DNA of 64,000 nt from assembly GCF_009914755.1 (NCBI RefSeq), contig NC_060940.1. One strand, 5' to 3'. The DNA comes from the human T2T-CHM13v2.0 reference genome, Homo sapiens. Below the pieces are notes generated by a model. That model was given only the letters and a program-made list of their open reading frames with translations. It had not been told where the DNA came from and ran no database searches. The position numbers and the translations under genes are program-made. Below, piece after piece: positions 61,165 to 64,000 of the stretch; the first letter of the stretch is position 1, and each line of letters opens with the position of its first letter.

Positions 61165-64000
61165 TCCATTCGAGTCCATTCGATGATTCCATTCGATTGC
61201 ATTCGATGATTCCATTATATTCCATTCAACGGTGATTCCATTCGAGTCCATTCCATGATTCCATTAGAGTACATTTAATGATTGCTTTGTTTTCAATTCG
61301 AAGATGATTACATTGGATTCCATTCTATGATACCATTCGATTCCATTCAATGATGATTCCACTCAAATCCATTGGATGATTCCATTCGTGTCCATTCGGT
61401 GATTTCATTAGATTCCATTCGAGGACGATTCCATTCGATTCCATTCGATGATTCCATTCAATTCCATTCGATGATGATTCCATTCCAGTCCATATGATCA
61501 TTCCATTTGATTTCATTCGATGATGATTCCATTCGATTCCATTCGACGATTCCATTCTATTCCATTCGATGATGATTCCATTCGAGTCCATTCGATCAAT
61601 CCATTCGAGTCCATTTAATGACTCCATTGGGTTCAATTCAATGATGATTACATTGGATTCCGTTCTATGATTCCATTCAATTCCGTTCATTGACAATTTG
61701 ATTCCATTCGATGATGATTCCATTTGAGTTCATTCGATGATTCTATTCGATTCTCTTCGATGGTGATTCAATTCTATTATATTGGATGATTCCATTCGAT
61801 TCCATTTGATGTTGATTCAATTCGATTCTATTCGATGATGATTCCATTGGATTTCACTTGATGATTCTATTCGATTCCATTCAATGATGATTCACTTCTC
61901 GTCCATTGGATGATTCCATTTCATTCCATTCGATGATGATTCCATTCGATTCCATTCGATGATTCCATTTGATTCCATGCGACGGTGAGCAATTCGATTC
62001 AATTCCATGATGATTCTATTTGATTCAATTAGATGATGTTTCCATTCGAATCCATTCCATGATTATTCCATTGGAATCCATTCGGCGATGATTCCATATG
62101 AGTCAATTCAATGATGATTCCATATGGGTCCGTTCGATGATAATTCCATTTGATTTCATTCGATGCTTCTATTCTATTCCAGTCGATGATGATTCCGTTG
62201 GAGTCCATACGATGATTCCATTTGATTTCATTTGATGATGATTCCATTCGATGATGATTACATTGGATTCCATTCTATGATTCCATTCAATTCCATTCGT
62301 TGATGATTCGATTCCCTTCAATGATGATTCCACTTGAGTTCATTCGATGATTCTATTCGATTCCGTTCGATGGAGATTCAATTCTCTTATATTGGATGAT
62401 TCCACTCGATTCCATTTGATGATTATTCCATTGGAGTCCACTTAGTGAATCCTTTAGATTCTACTCGAAGATGATTCCATTCGAGTCCATTCGATGATAC
62501 CATTCAATTCCATTCGTTGATGCTTCCATTCAAGTGCATTCGATGATATCATTCGATTCCATTTGATGATAATTCCATTTGATTCCATGCGATGATTCTA
62601 TTCGATTCCATTCAATGATAATTCCATTCAATTCAGTGATTCCTCTGGACTCCATTTGATGATGATTCCATTCAATGATTCCATTCGATTCTATTCGAAA
62701 ATGATTCCATTTGAATCCATTTGATGATGATTCCATTAGATTCCATTTGATGATTCCATTCGATTCCATTCGACGATGATTCCATTCGATTCCGTTTGAT
62801 GATTCCATTCTATTCTATTCGATGATGATTCCATTCGATTCCATTCGATGATGATTGGATTCGATTCCATTTGATGATTTCATTTGATTCCATTCGTTAA
62901 TGATTTCGATCAATTCCATTCGATGATTCCATTCGATTCCATTCGATAATGATTACATCCGAGTCCATTCGATGATTCCATTTGAGCCTGTTCGATAATT
63001 CCATTTGAGTCCAACCAATGATTCCATTCATTTCCATTCAATGATTCCATTCGAGTCCATTTGATCATTCCGGTTGGGTCCATTCGATGTTGATTCCATT
63101 GGAGTGCATTCGATGATTCCATTCGAGTCCATTTTAGGATTTGATTCGAGTCCTTTCGATGATTCCATTCGATTCCACTCGATGATGATTTCATTCGAGT
63201 CCATTCGACACTTCCAATCGATTCCATTTGATGATTCCATTCGAGTCCAATTGATGATTCCATTCAATTCCATTCGATGATGATTCCGTACGATTCCATT
63301 CTGTGATGATTCCTTGTGATTGCATTCAATGATGATTCCTTTCGATTGCATTCGATTATGATTCATTTCGTGTTCATTCTATGGTTCCACAGGTTTCCAT
63401 TCGTGTCCATTCCATTATTCCATTCTATTCCATTTGATGATGATTCCATTCGATTCCATTCATTGGTGATTCCACTCAATTCCATTCAATGATTCCATTC
63501 CATTTCTTTCAACAATGATTCCATTAGTTTCTAATCGATGATCCACTTGATTCCATTTGACGACGATTCCATTCTTGTCCATTCGATGATTCCATTTGAT
63601 TCCATATGATGATGATTCCATTCGATTCCATACCATGATGATTCCATTCGAGTCCATTCAATGGTGATTCCATTCAATTCCATTCGATGATTCCTTTCGA
63701 TTCCATTCGATGATGATGGCATTCGATTCCTTTCAATCATTCCCTTTGATTCCATTCAAAGGTGATTTCATTCAAGTCCATTCGATAATTGCATTCGATT
63801 CCATTCTATGATGATTCCATTCGAGTCCATTTGATGATTCCATTCAATTCAAGTCAATGATGATTCCATTCGATTCCATTCGATGATTCCATTGGATTCC
63901 ATTCGATGATGATTCCATTCAAATCCATTCGATAATTCAATTCAAGTCCATTCGATGATGATTCCAATCGAATCCATTCAAAGATTCCATTCAGTTCCAT
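61165..64000 (+). repeat. Higher-order unit 11, partial (first 2836 bp; cut by window edge)
   Basis: Marker 55213 to 61325 = 6112; landmarks are collinear to the window end. Confidence 0.92.

Larger units (their letters stand above)
1..64000 (+). repeat. Human satellite 2 (HSATII/HSat2) tandem array, CATTC strand on +; probably the HSat2B ~6.1-kb-period array of chr16 pericentromeric heterochromatin
   Basis: Continuous CATTCGATTC / CATTCGAGTC / GATGATGATTC motifs form 23- and 26-bp monomers with dense TCGA. GATGAT spacers and CpG richness distinguish HSat2 from HSat3 (pure CATTC runs). The period of 6112 bp comes from recurring ORF coordinates (e.g. 6299 to 12411; 36949 to 43061 to 49173). 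Family call is near-certain; the chromosome/subfamily call is recalled knowledge and less certain. Confidence 0.97.

Noticed and set aside
63074-63280. The only + strand ORF (68 aa)
   Set aside because: It arises from a private A>T at 63075 that converts TAG (ccggtaggg) into TTG, which the ORF caller treats as a start. The peptide is simply translated satellite.
161-63755. Many minus-strand ORFs encoding MESSNGIEWNHRM-like peptides, repeated in the same order like an operon
   Set aside because: They are direct translations of the GAATG/ATCATC strand, which is ATG-rich and stop-poor, while the + strand is full of TGA. They overlap in several frames, have no domain content, and appear or vanish with single SNVs. 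Database 'hypothetical proteins' of this kind would be satellite mis-annotations.
1-64000. CRISPR-like repeat/spacer array or prokaryotic repeat system
   Set aside because: There are no unique spacers, no constant repeat, no leader and no cas-like ORFs. Variation is point divergence of 23/26-bp monomers that itself repeats every 6112 bp.
1-64000. HSat3 / nuclear stress body (HSF1) or TEAD-platform interpretation
   Set aside because: Pure (CATTC)n runs here are only about three copies long (e.g. ~4986-5001). The dominant CATTCGAT/GATGAT motifs are HSat2, so HSat3 biology cannot be transferred.
1-64000. Hidden insertion, inversion or transposon fragment
   Set aside because: Every inter-marker distance is accounted for by 6112 plus or minus the indels described. 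I saw no GAATG-oriented tract, poly-A tail or non-satellite sequence on the + strand.

Overview
The whole 64-kb window is one uninterrupted, single-orientation block of classical human satellite 2 (HSATII/HSat2). It is built from CATTC-derived, CpG-rich 23/26-bp monomers (CATTCGATTCCATTCGATGAT[GAT]TC) organised into a 6,112-bp higher-order unit. A ~6.1-kb period is what I recall for the HSat2B array of human 16q11.2 pericentromeric heterochromatin; that assignment is from memory, and a great-ape orthologue is not excluded. I see no genes, RNA genes, transposons or unique sequence. All listed ORFs are by-products of the repeat, whose GAATG strand is stop-poor. Taking position 1 as an arbitrary phase, units start at 1, 6139, 12251, 20262, 28273, 34385, 36789, 42901, 49013, 55125 and 61165. 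Their lengths are 6138, 6112, 8011, 8011, 6112, 2404, 6112, 6112, 6112, 6040 and a 2836 partial. I found no new gene-based system. What is informative is the readable record of array turnover: an out-of-register 8,011-bp triplication (9436-33468), a 2,404-bp short unit, monomer-sized indels (+26, -72), an in-register 6.1-kb duplication, mosaic haplotypes and substitution clusters. Each full unit also carries one perfect DUX4-type motif. All comparisons were done by eye and from ORF-track offsets, not by alignment software.
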